Shown: positions 8,761 through 20,423 of the stretch, piece after piece
Layout: each line of letters starts with the position of its first letter
Position numbering within the stretch: position 1 is the first letter of the stretch
NCBI GenBank assembly: GCA_947462815.1
Contig: CANHQR010000001.1
Location: forward strand, 32,038-96,037
Source of the DNA: Pseudobdellovibrionaceae bacterium
Lineage (GTDB): Bacteria > Bdellovibrionota > Bdellovibrionia > Bdellovibrionales > JAMPXM01
Direction: 5' to 3'
Length of the DNA stretch: 64,000 nt
The notes under the pieces: model-generated
What the model was told of the DNA's origin: nothing
Databases searched by the model: none
What the model saw: only the letters and a program-made list of their open reading frames with translations
Position numbers and translations under genes: made by a program

Positions 8761-8964
8761 GGGAGGCCGATCTCTCTTGTATCGATTTACTCGATGTCAG
8801 AATCAATACTGTCAATTTCAATGATTCTTAGCGGGCCCTTAACCTATTGAGGTTCAACATGAAATCTGGGCGCGACCGCGGAACGAACGCGTGGGGGAAA
8901 GTGTTGATTGTGTATCGAAAGTGAATTGCACTTGGGCGCTGGCAACTTGCACAGCAGCTCGTAG

Positions 8965-11259
<2,295 letters not shown>

Positions 11260-11288
11260 CCTCGCGGTTGATCTGAATCTCAAAATAG

Positions 11289-11318
11289 AAAACGGGCGCC
11301 CTGGAGCGCCCGTTTTTT
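11289..11318. terminator. Bidirectional rho-independent terminator between convergent katG and sucD
   Basis: The sequence is AAAACGGGCGC-cctgga-GCGCCCGTTTT, an 11-bp perfect stem flanked by an A-run and a T-run. Confidence 0.75.
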
Positions 11319-11393
11319 CATTTGAAGACTCAGATCAAGAGCACGTGAGTTCTTACGTCTCGCCTCACTTCAGTTGGGCGTGCTCGCCTCAGC

Positions 11394-12266
11394 TTAATGC
11401 TTCAGGCTGGCCTTGAGTGTCGTTCCCAAGTCGGCCGGGCTACGCGCAATCGAGCAGCCGGCAGCGGCCAGAGCTTCGAACTTCGCTTCGGCCGTTTCTT
11501 TGCCACCTGTAATGATCGCGCCCGCGTGGCCCATACGCTTGCCTTTGGGAGCTGTGGCTCCGGCTATGAAAGCGGTCACCGGCTTTTTGAACTCACGCTT
11601 GATGTACTCGGCTGCATCGACCTCGGCTGTGCCGCCTATTTCGCCGATCATAATCACGGCATCCGTGTCCTTGTCGGCGTTGTACATTTCGAGCACGTCG
11701 ATGAAATTCGTACCGTTCACTGGATCGCCACCAATGCCCACACAGGTGGATTGACCCAGCCCCAGACGGGTGAGCTGGTGAACGGCTTCATAGGTCAAAG
11801 TACCTGATCGGGACAGAACTCCGATGCGGCCTGGCTTATGAATATGTCCCGGCATAATGCCGATCTTGCACTGACCAGGAGTGATCACGCCAGGGCAGTT
11901 GGGGCCCACAAGACGAGTCTTTTTGCCTTGCATGAACCGACGAACCTTGACCATGTCCATGACGGGAATGCCTTCGGTGATGCAGACAACGAGATCGAGT
12001 TCGGCATCGACAGCTTCCAAGATCGCATCCGCAGCAAAGGGCGGGGGAACATAGATGACCGAAGCGTTGCAGCTTGTCTTTTCGCGAGCTTCGCGAACTG
12101 TGTCGAAGACCGGCAGATTCAAGTGCTTGGTGCCGCCCTTGCCGGGAGTCACGCCGCCGACCATTTTGGTTCCGTAAGCCACCGCTTGCTCGGAATGGAA
12201 AGTTCCCTGAGCTCCTGTAAAGCCTTGGCAAATCACTTTGGTATTCGAATCAATCATAATAGCCAT
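11394..12266 (-). CDS. sucD: Succinyl-CoA ligase subunit alpha
   Basis: The 290-aa ORF ([14 protein letters not shown]...SRSGTLTYE...MGHAGAI) includes the phospho-His loop. Confidence 0.95.
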   Translation of the reverse strand: MAIMIDSNTKVICQGFTGAQGTFHSEQAVAYGTKMVGGVTPGKGGTKHLNLPVFDTVREAREKTSCNASVIYVPPPFAADAILEAVDAELDLVVCITEGIPVMDMVKVRRFMQGKKTRLVGPNCPGVITPGQCKIGIMPGHIHKPGRIGVLSRSGTLTYEAVHQLTRLGLGQSTCVGIGGDPVNGTNFIDVLEMYNADKDTDAVIMIGEIGGTAEVDAAEYIKREFKKPVTAFIAGATAPKGKRMGHAGAIITGGKETAEAKFEALAAAGCSIARSPADLGTTLKASLKH

Positions 12267-12269
12267 GGC

Positions 12270-13436
12270 TCACATTCCTTTCACGGCCGCGACGATCTTC
12301 TTCGCGCCATCTGTGATGTCGTCGGCAGGCATAATGTTGAGGCCGCTCTCGGCCAGCAGCTTTTTGCCCAATTCCACGTTGGTGCCTTCCAGTCTGACCA
12401 CGGCGGGAACTTTCAGTCCCAACTCTTTGGTCGCCGCGATGACGCCTTCGGCGATGATGTCGCATTTCATGATGCCACCGAAGATGTTGACGAAGATGCC
12501 CTTAACGTTTGGGTCACGCAGGATAATTTTGAAAGCGTTGGTCACTTTCTCTTTGTTGGCACCGCCGCCGACATCCAAAAAGTTAGCGGGGCTACCACCG
12601 TGGAGTTTAATGATGTCCATTGTGGCCATCGCGAGGCCTGCGCCGTTGACCAGGCAACCGATGTTGCCATCGAGTTTAATGAAAGCGAGGTCGTACTTCG
12701 AGGCTTCGATCTCCGTCGGATCTTCTTCGGTCAAGTCGCGAAGTTCCATAATCTTGGATTGGCGGAAGAGCGCGTTGGAGTCGAAGTTCATCTTCGCATC
12801 GAGTGCAATCACATCACCCTCGGCGGTTTCGACGAGAGGATTGATTTCTGCGATTGAGCAGTCGCACTCCTCGTACGACTTGTAGAGGCCCATGAAGAAC
12901 TTTGCGGCCTTTGCTGCGACCTTTTCCGACATACCCACGGCAAAAGCGAGTTGGCGAGCCTGGAAGGGCATCAGCCCGACGGCGGGATCGACCTGCACGC
13001 GGTGGATTTTCTCAGGGTGCTTTTCGGCGACCTCTTCAATCTCCACGCCGCCTTCGGCCGAAGCCATCACGACCACGCGACCTGTTTTGCGATCGAGCAA
13101 AACCGCGACGTAGTATTCCTTCTTAATGTTACAGCCTTGCTCGATGTAGACCTTTTGAACTTCTTTGCCTTCGGGACCTGTCTGATGAGTGATCAGATTC
13201 ATGCCGATCATCTTTTTACTGAGGTCACGGACCTCTTCGGGCGATTTGGCCAGCTTTACGCCGCCGCCTTTGCCGCGCCCGCCTGCATGAATCTGAGCCT
13301 TCACGACCCAAAGCGATCCCCCCAGCTCTTTGGCTGCTTGGTAGGCATGCTCGGGTGATTCGGCCATACGACCGTTCAGCGTCGTGACGCCGTACTTTCT
13401 CAAGATTTCTTTCGCCTGATACTCATGAATATTCAT
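12270..13436 (-). CDS. sucC: Succinyl-CoA ligase subunit beta
   Basis: The 388-aa ORF begins [17 protein letters not shown] and has an ATP-grasp layout. Its stop lies 3 nt before sucD. Confidence 0.95.
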   Translation of the reverse strand: MNIHEYQAKEILRKYGVTTLNGRMAESPEHAYQAAKELGGSLWVVKAQIHAGGRGKGGGVKLAKSPEEVRDLSKKMIGMNLITHQTGPEGKEVQKVYIEQGCNIKKEYYVAVLLDRKTGRVVVMASAEGGVEIEEVAEKHPEKIHRVQVDPAVGLMPFQARQLAFAVGMSEKVAAKAAKFFMGLYKSYEECDCSIAEINPLVETAEGDVIALDAKMNFDSNALFRQSKIMELRDLTEEDPTEIEASKYDLAFIKLDGNIGCLVNGAGLAMATMDIIKLHGGSPANFLDVGGGANKEKVTNAFKIILRDPNVKGIFVNIFGGIMKCDIIAEGVIAATKELGLKVPAVVRLEGTNVELGKKLLAESGLNIMPADDITDGAKKIVAAVKGM

Positions 13437-13499
13437 GATGTCCCCTGGTGTCCCGAAGGTAAAAAGGCGCCGATTAGAATTCAGCGCCCAAAGCTATGA

Positions 13500-14441
13500 T
13501 TAGAATTCGAGTTTTTTGAGTGCTTCGACAAGTTCTTGAACGGCCTTGATCGAATGATCCAAGCCCTTGCGCTCTTCATCATTGAGTTTCAGCTCGATGA
13601 CCTTTTCCAGACCTTTGCCGCCCAATTTACACAGCACGCCGATGAACAGGTTGTTCACGCCGTACTCGCCAGTCAGCAGTGCGGCACAAGGCAAAATACG
13701 CTGCTGATCTTTCAAAATCGCTTCGGCCATTTGCACGGCCGATGCAGCCGGTGCGTAGTAAGCGGAGCCTGTTTTCAACAAGCCCACGATTTCGGCGCCG
13801 CCGTTGCGTGTGCGGGTGACGATCGCGTCGATCTTCTCTTTCGGTAACATCTCGAGAAGCGGTACGCCGCCCACCGAGCAATGGCGAGGCATCGGCACCA
13901 TGGTGTCACCGTGACCGCCCAGGACGAAGGCCTGAACGTCTTTGACCGAAACGTTGCACTCTTCAGCGATGAAGGAGCGCATGCGGGCTCCATCCAAAAC
14001 GCCAGCCATACCCAAAACGCGCTCTTTCGGGAAACCCAACACGTCTTTGGCCACATAGGCCATGGCATCGAGAGGGTTCGAAACAACGATGACAACGGAC
14101 TGAGGAGCGTGCTGTTTCACGCCCAAGCAAACTTCCTTCATGATCTTCGCGTTCGTCGCCAGCAAATCATCGCGGCTCATACCGGGTTTGCGGGGAAGAC
14201 CGGCCGTGATGATGACCACATCTGAACCCGCAATGTCCGCATAGTTGCTCGTGCCTGTGATCCGCGAGTCGAACATTTCAACCGGCGAAGCCTCGAACAG
14301 ATCGAGTGCTTTACCTTTGGCCGCGCCATCGTTCACATCGAGCAACACCACGTCGCCCAATTCCTTCGCGGCGGCCCAGTGAGCGCAAGTCGAACCGACA
14401 AAGCCAGCGCCGATGACGGCAAGTTTTTTACGCTTATGCAT
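13500..14441 (-). CDS. mdh: Malate dehydrogenase (LDH-like family)
   Basis: The 313-aa ORF has [29 protein letters not shown] and GGHGDTMVP. Confidence 0.95.
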   Translation of the reverse strand: MHKRKKLAVIGAGFVGSTCAHWAAAKELGDVVLLDVNDGAAKGKALDLFEASPVEMFDSRITGTSNYADIAGSDVVIITAGLPRKPGMSRDDLLATNAKIMKEVCLGVKQHAPQSVVIVVSNPLDAMAYVAKDVLGFPKERVLGMAGVLDGARMRSFIAEECNVSVKDVQAFVLGGHGDTMVPMPRHCSVGGVPLLEMLPKEKIDAIVTRTRNGGAEIVGLLKTGSAYYAPAASAVQMAEAILKDQQRILPCAALLTGEYGVNNLFIGVLCKLGGKGLEKVIELKLNDEERKGLDHSIKAVQELVEALKKLEF

Positions 14442-14487
14442 GTAAATCTCCTTAAGTTGTTCAATTCCAAAAATTCAAAATCGAAAA

Positions 14488-15735
14488 TTACATCTTCGAG
14501 ATGATTTCACCGCCGAACTCCGAGCACTTGAGCAGAGTCGCGCCCGGCATTTGACGGTGGAAATCATAAGTCACGCGTTTGGCGGCAATCGCGCCGGCGA
14601 GACCTTTTTCAATCAGGTTCGCAGCTTCGGTCCATCCCATGTACTCCAGCATCATCACGCCGGAGAGAATCACTGAGCCCGGATTCACTTTGTCTTGGCC
14701 AGCATACTTCGGGGCGGTTCCATGAGTCGCTTCGAAAACCGCGAAACCATCACCGATGTTGCCACCCGGAGCGATCCCGAGGCCTCCGACCTGAGCTGCG
14801 AGCGCGTCGGAAATATAATCACCGTTGAGGTTAGGAGTCGCGATGACGGAGTATTCGTCGGGTCGCAACAGTACCTGTTGGAACATGTTATCGGCGATAC
14901 GGTCCTTCACCAAGATCTTGCCGGCGGGCATTTTGCCGCCATGCACGTCCCAAAGCTCCTGTTCACTCACGGTGACGTCGGGGAACTCGGCCTTCGCCAA
15001 TTCATAGCCCCAATCTTTGAAGGCACCTTCAGTGAACTTCATGATGTTGCCTTTGTGCACAAGGGTGACCGAGGGCTTCTTGTACTTGATGGCGTATTCG
15101 ATGGCCTTGCGTACGAGGCGCTTCGTGCAGAATGCCGACATCGGCTTGATGCCAATCGCCGAGTTCTCGCGAATGGTTTTGCCATGCTTCTTCGCGAGAG
15201 CGATGAAGTCATTGGCCTCCGCGGATCCCGCTGTGAATTCGACCCCTGCGTAGACGTCTTCGATGTTCTCGCGGAAGATGGTCATGTCAACCTTCTCCGG
15301 CTCGCGAACCGGAGCCGGAACTCCGGGATAGTACTTCACCGGACGAACGCACGCATACAAGTCCAACTCTTTACGAAGAGCGACGTTGAGTGAGCGGATC
15401 CCTTTGCCGACGGGCGTTTCCAGCGGACCCTTGATCGAGACGACGAACTCTTTGATCGCGCTGAGAGTTTCTTCGGGGAAGTAGTTGCCGTTATAGACCT
15501 GCGTCGCCTTCTGACCGGCGTATACCTCGCACCAATGGATTTTGCGCTTGCCGCCGTAGGCTTTCGCAACAGCCGCATCGAAGACTTTGACCGAAGCCGC
15601 CCAAATATCAGCACCGGTACCGTCGCCTTCGATGAAAGTGACGATCGGCTGATCTGGCACTTCGAGTTTGCCGTTAGCGGCAATGCGAATTTTTTGTCCT
15701 TGAGTGGGAACCTTCACGTGTTCGTAGTTGGCCAT
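14488..15735 (-). CDS. icd: NADP-dependent isocitrate dehydrogenase (homodimeric type)
   Basis: The 415-aa ORF has [30 protein letters not shown] and NLNGDYISD. Confidence 0.95.
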   Translation of the reverse strand: MANYEHVKVPTQGQKIRIAANGKLEVPDQPIVTFIEGDGTGADIWAASVKVFDAAVAKAYGGKRKIHWCEVYAGQKATQVYNGNYFPEETLSAIKEFVVSIKGPLETPVGKGIRSLNVALRKELDLYACVRPVKYYPGVPAPVREPEKVDMTIFRENIEDVYAGVEFTAGSAEANDFIALAKKHGKTIRENSAIGIKPMSAFCTKRLVRKAIEYAIKYKKPSVTLVHKGNIMKFTEGAFKDWGYELAKAEFPDVTVSEQELWDVHGGKMPAGKILVKDRIADNMFQQVLLRPDEYSVIATPNLNGDYISDALAAQVGGLGIAPGGNIGDGFAVFEATHGTAPKYAGQDKVNPGSVILSGVMMLEYMGWTEAANLIEKGLAGAIAAKRVTYDFHRQMPGATLLKCSEFGGEIISKM

Positions 15736-15830
15736 GAATTCTGTCTCCTATCAGATCCGTTCAATCGATACTCAATTTTTGACCACTGTTCGTCTTGTCG
15801 ATTCGTCTCCGGGCGTTGTCCTCGAGCTTT

Positions 15831-15911
15831 ATTTCCGAACTTCGTTTCCGAGCCTCTGTTCCGAGCCTCTGTTTCGAGCCTCTGTTCCGAGCCTCTGTTC
15901 CGAGCCTCGTT
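15831..15911. repeat. Tandem array with a 13-bp period (about 6 copies) in the icd / Mla-operon divergent intergenic region
   Basis: I read this directly: atttccgaacttc | gtttccgagcctct | gttccgagcctct | gtttcgagcctct | gttccgagcctct | gttccgagcctc. It starts about 96 bp upstream of the icd start codon. Confidence 0.9.
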
Positions 15912-16196
15912 ATCGGGGTTCGCATCGTCAGGGGTGGAACCGACTCTCGATCTCACCGTTTCGTCGATTTCGTCCACGCACCAAAGAAACTCGTCGGTCT
16001 TCGGCGAACAGAGCTTGAAGCGATTCGTATTTCCCCGGAGAATTTCACGAAGAGTCGGGTCCTGACGCGCACCTCTCCATAGGCGACGGCGCGCGTTAGG
16101 CGGGAATCGTTTCGCTCAGTCGCAGTGACTGTTTAGTTCAGCTAAAGCCACTGGGCAAAAGGTAATTCTCGGAATGACTCATCGGGGGACCGAGTC

Positions 16197-16955
16197 GTGC
16201 AGCGCGCTTTGATCGAACTTCACCAAGTGAGTCTCGAAATCGAAGGCCGGGTGCTGCTTCGAAGTTTGAACCTCCAACTTTTTGAGGGCGAATCTTTGGC
16301 GCTGATCGGCCCGAGTGGCTCGGGAAAATCTCTTCTGCTTAAACTCATGGCAGGTTTGCTCGAGCCCACAGGCGGCGAAATTTGGGATCAAGGCCGACCA
16401 CGGTCTTCGATGAGTCCCGAGGAGAAACTGAGGTGGAGCCGCCGCCAAAGCATGTTGTTTCAGCGCAACGCATTGTTCGACTCGATGAGTTCACTAGAAA
16501 ACGTTATTTTTCAACAGGTTGAGTCGAGAGGTGTGGACTACGAGTCTGCTTCGCGACGCGCAACAACAACACTCGAAACTGTGGGCCTCGGACATGCGGC
16601 GAACTTGTACCCCGATGAGATCTCCGGAGGGATGCAAAAGCGGTTGGGTATTGCTCGCGCGATCGCTTTGGAACCGGAGTTGATTTTTTACGACGACCCG
16701 ACAGCCGGTCTCGATCCCATCACAAGTCGTAAAATCATCATGTTGATTCGGGAACTTCAGGTGCGACCGGGTCGAGCCCGTTCGACAATCGTGGTGGTGA
16801 CTAACGAAATGGCGCGGGCCTATCAAGTCGCGGACCGAATCGCCTTTATGGATCGAGGCGAACTGTTGGTGACAGGGACCGTGTCGGAAACTCAGGCACA
16901 TCAGGATCCACGAGTGCGACTCTTCATTCGCGGCGAAGCGGAAGGTCCACAGTGA
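16197..16955 (+). CDS. MlaF-like ABC ATPase, paralog 1 (non-canonical Walker B and H-loop)
   Basis: Walker A is GPSGSGKS, the Q-loop is MLFQ and the signature is ISGGMQKR. Walker B reads LIFYDDPTAGLD, with Asp at the catalytic-Glu position. The switch region reads VVVTNEM, with Asn where His is expected. The start is GTG. Confidence 0.8.
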   Translation: MQRALIELHQVSLEIEGRVLLRSLNLQLFEGESLALIGPSGSGKSLLLKLMAGLLEPTGGEIWDQGRPRSSMSPEEKLRWSRRQSMLFQRNALFDSMSSLENVIFQQVESRGVDYESASRRATTTLETVGLGHAANLYPDEISGGMQKRLGIARAIALEPELIFYDDPTAGLDPITSRKIIMLIRELQVRPGRARSTIVVVTNEMARAYQVADRIAFMDRGELLVTGTVSETQAHQDPRVRLFIRGEAEGPQ

Positions 16956-17749
16956 GTGTCGCTTCTTGGGATATCGAGTTTGATGGTCTGATCAAGCGCT
17001 TCGGTGAGCGCACCATTCTCAATGGCATCAGCTTTCGTGTCGCGCGCGGTGAAATCATTTTCATTCTGGGAACTTCGGGAACAGGCAAATCCGTACTGCT
17101 GAAGACACTGACGGGCCTTCTTCGAGCCGATGCCGGACGTGTCCTCGTGCAGGGACAAGATCTCACGTACCTCCAAGAAGAAGCTTACCTCGACGTTCGC
17201 CGCAAGTGCGGTATGGTCTTTCAACATCCAGCTCTGTTCGATTCGTTGACGATCGAAGAGAACATCGCCTTTGGCTTGCAGAGGCATCTCGGATTGAGTC
17301 TTGAGGCCGCGCGTCCGCGCGTTCGAGAGTGCTTGGATCTCGTCCATTTGGATTATGATGAATTGGCCGAGCTCTTGCCGGCGCAAATCTCCTACGGCAT
17401 GCAGAAGCGCGTGAGCTTGGCCCGCACGTTAGCGGTGCAGCCACAAATTCTGCTCTTTGATGAGCCCACGACTGGATTGGATCCGGTGACGACCAAGCAG
17501 ATCAATCGGCTCATTCTCGAGCTGTCGCGCAAACTGCAAACCACATCGATGGTTGTCAGCCATGACATGGATTGTGCCCTGGAGATCGCGGATCGCATCA
17601 TTGTGTTGGATCAGGGCCGGATCATTGAACAGGGTCGAGTCGATGAGGTGAAGAAGAGCCCGGTTCCCCTTGTCCAAGACTTTTTGGCCGAGGCTCTCGC
17701 CGGTCACGCGGAAACCACCTCCTCGGACTCGGGCGGAGGCCGCCCATGA
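16952..17749 (+). CDS. MlaF-like ABC ATPase, paralog 2 (canonical catalytic motifs, non-canonical signature)
   Basis: Walker A is GTSGTGKS, Walker B is ILLFDEPTTGLD and the H-loop is VVSHDM. The signature reads ISYGMQKR, with Tyr replacing the first Gly of SGG. A 4-bp GTGA overlap links it to the upstream gene. Confidence 0.85.
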   Translation: MSVASWDIEFDGLIKRFGERTILNGISFRVARGEIIFILGTSGTGKSVLLKTLTGLLRADAGRVLVQGQDLTYLQEEAYLDVRRKCGMVFQHPALFDSLTIEENIAFGLQRHLGLSLEAARPRVRECLDLVHLDYDELAELLPAQISYGMQKRVSLARTLAVQPQILLFDEPTTGLDPVTTKQINRLILELSRKLQTTSMVVSHDMDCALEIADRIIVLDQGRIIEQGRVDEVKKSPVPLVQDFLAEALAGHAETTSSDSGGGRP

Positions 17750-18522
17750 TCATGGCGCTTCAAGAAGTCGGACGATGCTTGCGGTTTGTCGCGGAGGCGT
17801 TGGACGTAGGTCGCCGAAAAGGCGTGTCCGGTCGCGAGGTAATGACGCAAATCTGGAAAGTGACCGCGCAGAGCCTTGGAACAACAGCCCTCGCCGGATT
17901 TTTTGTCGGTGCCATCATGGCCGTTCAGTTTGCATTGCAAGTGAAAGCCTATGGAGCGCTCGGTTATCTCGGGGGACTCGCGACAAGTGGAACGGTCAGG
18001 CAGGTCGGACCTCTCTTGATCGCCTTCATGTTGAGCGGCAAGGTCGGCGCGTTCACATCGGCCGAGTTAGGTACCATGCGTGTCACGGAGCAAATCGATG
18101 CCATTCGATGTCTGGGCTCCAACCCATTTCGTGAAATTATCTTGCCGCGAATGATCGCGATCTTTGTGGCGAGCTTCGCTCTCCTCGCCGCCGGCCTCTT
18201 GGCTTCGATAGGTGGGGGAATCTTGTTGGCTTCGTTGTTTGCGGGGATCAATCCGGACGAATACGTGCGGCACATTCCGACTCTGGTGGCGCCCGCCTCG
18301 GTCGCCATCGGACTGTTCAAATGCGCCGTCTTCGCGTTGATTCTCGCCAGCATTTGCACGTTTAAGGGTTACACGACCACAGGTGGGGCGAAGGGTGTGG
18401 GTCGAAGCGTTGTGCAAACCGCTGTCGCGACGATGGTGAGTATCGTCATCGCGGATTGGCTGACGAGTGTGATCGCCGAAGCCGTCATCGAGGTCGCGAT
18501 GGCCGCGCGGGGTGAAGGATGA
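17746..18522 (+). CDS. MlaE-like ABC permease, paralog 1
   Basis: The 258-aa polytopic ORF has the family motif MRVTEQIDAIRCLG. It has an ATGA overlap with the upstream ATPase gene. Confidence 0.85.
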   Translation: MIMALQEVGRCLRFVAEALDVGRRKGVSGREVMTQIWKVTAQSLGTTALAGFFVGAIMAVQFALQVKAYGALGYLGGLATSGTVRQVGPLLIAFMLSGKVGAFTSAELGTMRVTEQIDAIRCLGSNPFREIILPRMIAIFVASFALLAAGLLASIGGGILLASLFAGINPDEYVRHIPTLVAPASVAIGLFKCAVFALILASICTFKGYTTTGGAKGVGRSVVQTAVATMVSIVIADWLTSVIAEAVIEVAMAARGEG

Positions 18523-19280
18523 TCTCGAGTTCGCTGTCGCAAGGATTTCGCGTCTCCCTGCAGTTTTCCGCACTCGCCGCTCGCGTCGTGCTGGGTCTCG
18601 CCCAGCCCATTCGCTGGCGAAGCGTCTTTCAGCAAATCCACTTCATCGCCAACGAAAGCCTCAGCATCATTTTGTTCTGTGTTTGTGCGGCCGCGATGGT
18701 GACGATCATCGAAGCCAGCTTTCACATGAAGCTCGTCATCCAGAACGATTCCATGGTGCCGGGTTTTGCGTCGATGTTGATTTTGCGGGAGTTGGGCGCC
18801 GTGGTGACAGCGTTGTTGGTGACCTCGCGCGCCGGTGCCGGTATGGCCGCCGAGATCGGTAGCATGAAAGTGACCGAGCAAATCGATGCGCTGAGAATGT
18901 TGGGTTTGAACCCGATTCAGTTCTTGGTCGTGCCGCGATTCATCGCCTGTGTGGCGGCGGGTGCGATGTTGACGGTCGTCGCCAACATGGTGTGTTTGAT
19001 CGCCGCGATGGGAGTTTCTGTTATCAAATTGGGCTATACGACGGGGACGTATATGGAGCTGACTCGCCCATTTATTGAGCCCATGGATCTCTTGTTTTCG
19101 ACGATCAAGGGTGCGGCCTTTGGTGCGGCCATTCCACTATTCTCGTGTTTCTCCGGTTTCAATTGTCGCGAAGGGGCCGAAGGCGTCGGTTTGGCGACCA
19201 CGCAAGCTGTGGTCTCGAGCTCTGTGGCGATCATCATCATCGATTTCTTTTTAACTTTTATCTTCTCCTATTATTACTGA
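18519..19280 (+). CDS. MlaE-like ABC permease, paralog 2
   Basis: The 253-aa polytopic ORF has the motif MKVTEQIDALRMLG. It has an ATGA overlap upstream and is clearly diverged from paralog 1. Confidence 0.85.
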   Translation: MISSSLSQGFRVSLQFSALAARVVLGLAQPIRWRSVFQQIHFIANESLSIILFCVCAAAMVTIIEASFHMKLVIQNDSMVPGFASMLILRELGAVVTALLVTSRAGAGMAAEIGSMKVTEQIDALRMLGLNPIQFLVVPRFIACVAAGAMLTVVANMVCLIAAMGVSVIKLGYTTGTYMELTRPFIEPMDLLFSTIKGAAFGAAIPLFSCFSGFNCREGAEGVGLATTQAVVSSSVAIIIIDFFLTFIFSYYY

Positions 19281-19302
19281 CACTATCGGCGGAGGCGTCC
19301 CT

Positions 19303-20100
19303 ATGAGCGCAAACAAAAACACCTGGAGCCCTGAAACCAAAGTTGGGCTTTTGTTCATGCTTTCCGTCGCCTTGGTCGCGGCCTTCGCTTGGTATATCGG
19401 CGCCGCGAACCCATTCACCTCTTCGTATGAATTACGAGTGGGTTACAACTTTGCCGGCGGGATCGAAGTGGGTTCGCCGGTTCGTGTGATGGGCATCAAA
19501 GTCGGCAAAGTGATCCGGATCGAGTTTTCTCCAGAGCAAACGTCGGCGAACGGGGAAGAGGTCAAACTCACACTGACCTTGCGCATCTCCAAGGAAGCTT
19601 GGACGGCTGTCCGCCGAGATTCGCGCTTCTTTATCAATTTGGCGGGAGTTATCGGGGAAAAGTATGTGGAGGTCTCGCCGGGCTCAGTCCATCAACCTCA
19701 TTTTGTCTCGGGAGACTTCGTGCGGGGCGAGGACCCACCGCGCATCGATCAACTGATCTCGCAGAGCTACGGCTTAGCCGGCAAGCTCATCGACATGATC
19801 GAGAAGAATGAAGGCTCGATCACGGATACGCTCGATAAAATGAACTCTTTGGTCACAAATCTGAATAAGACTCTGGTCTTGCTTGAGAAGACCTCGAAGA
19901 ACAAAGAGTTCTCTGAAATTGTGACCAATGTTGGCGCGATAACGGGAGATTTGACCATTCTGACCTCCAAATTACGCGGACCCGAGGCGCAAAAGACTCT
20001 CGAATTGCTGCACCGTTTGGTTTGGCGCCTCGATAAGATGGATGAAGAGGCCATTCGTAAGTTTCTGCAAAAAGAAGGTATTCGCGCGCGGCTCTTTTAA
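19303..20100 (+). CDS. MlaD-like MCE-domain protein
   Basis: An N-terminal TM (VGLLFMLSVALVAAFAWYI) precedes an MCE beta-barrel region (YNFAGGIEVGSPVRVMGIKVGKV) and a helical C-terminal extension. Confidence 0.8.
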   Translation: MSANKNTWSPETKVGLLFMLSVALVAAFAWYIGAANPFTSSYELRVGYNFAGGIEVGSPVRVMGIKVGKVIRIEFSPEQTSANGEEVKLTLTLRISKEAWTAVRRDSRFFINLAGVIGEKYVEVSPGSVHQPHFVSGDFVRGEDPPRIDQLISQSYGLAGKLIDMIEKNEGSITDTLDKMNSLVTNLNKTLVLLEKTSKNKEFSEIVTNVGAITGDLTILTSKLRGPEAQKTLELLHRLVWRLDKMDEEAIRKFLQKEGIRARLF

Positions 20101-20276
20101 GCCACTTTGCCGCCCGATCAGCCTGCGTTCGAGCTCGCGTCGAAAATTTGACGGCAGAAAGCACGAAAGCTGATCAAAATGAGTCAAAATTCAGTCGCTC
20201 GGCAGTTGCGAGGCTGCCGTGAGGACCTTTGGTTATGGGTCGCGCCGCTTCGTCATGTCTGCAACAAGTGTTTATA

Positions 20277-20307
20277 GCAAAAAAAAACCCTCGATTGCTC
20301 GAGGGTT
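20277..20307 (-). terminator. Rho-independent terminator of the small lysine-rich gene
   Basis: On the minus strand the sequence reads AACCCTCGA-gcaa-TCGAGGGTT followed by a run of about 9 T. It lies 27 nt after the stop codon. Confidence 0.7.
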
Positions 20308-20333
20308 CCGAGTTTTCACTCAAAAGAAGCTGC

Positions 20334-20423
20334 TTACTTCTTCTTTGCAGTCTTTTTCTTCTTAGCAGCTTTCTTTGTTGTTTTTTTCTTAGCGGCTTTT
20401 TTTGTCGCTTTCTTCTTTGCCAT
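20334..20423 (-). CDS. Small lysine-rich basic protein (29 aa; KKAA-type repeats like histone H1 or AlgP tails)
   Basis: My translation is ATG GCA AAG AAG AAA GCG ACA ... = MAKKKATKKAAKKKTTKKAAKKKKTAKKK*. AGGAGGAG sits 7 nt upstream of the ATG and a strong terminator lies downstream. It falls below the 60-aa cut-off of the ORF track. Confidence 0.6.
   Translation of the reverse strand: MAKKKATKKAAKKKTTKKAAKKKKTAKKK

Noticed and set aside
11838-12857. A 339-aa plus-strand ORF spanning the sucD/sucC junction, with related ORFs at 11397-11807 and 12238-12885.
   Set aside because: It is antisense to two highly conserved TCA genes and crosses their boundary. It has a His/Asp/Gly-rich nonsense composition and is a typical shadow ORF.
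14695-15393. A 232-aa plus-strand ORF inside icd.
   Set aside because: It is an antisense shadow ORF of a strongly conserved gene.
15831-15911. Whether the 13-bp arrays (this one and 38401-38465) could be CRISPR arrays.
   Set aside because: The units are contiguous with no spacers, far shorter than CRISPR repeats (usually 23 bp or longer), and no cas genes are in the window.
15535-16082. ORFs at 15535-16065, 15728-16018, 15795-16082 and 15714-15977 show repeated peptides (EPLFRASV and similar).
   Set aside because: The repeated peptide appears in all three frames because the underlying DNA repeat is 13 bp, which is not a multiple of 3. There is no RBS, and the region is the icd/Mla divergent promoter. 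I treated it as non-coding.
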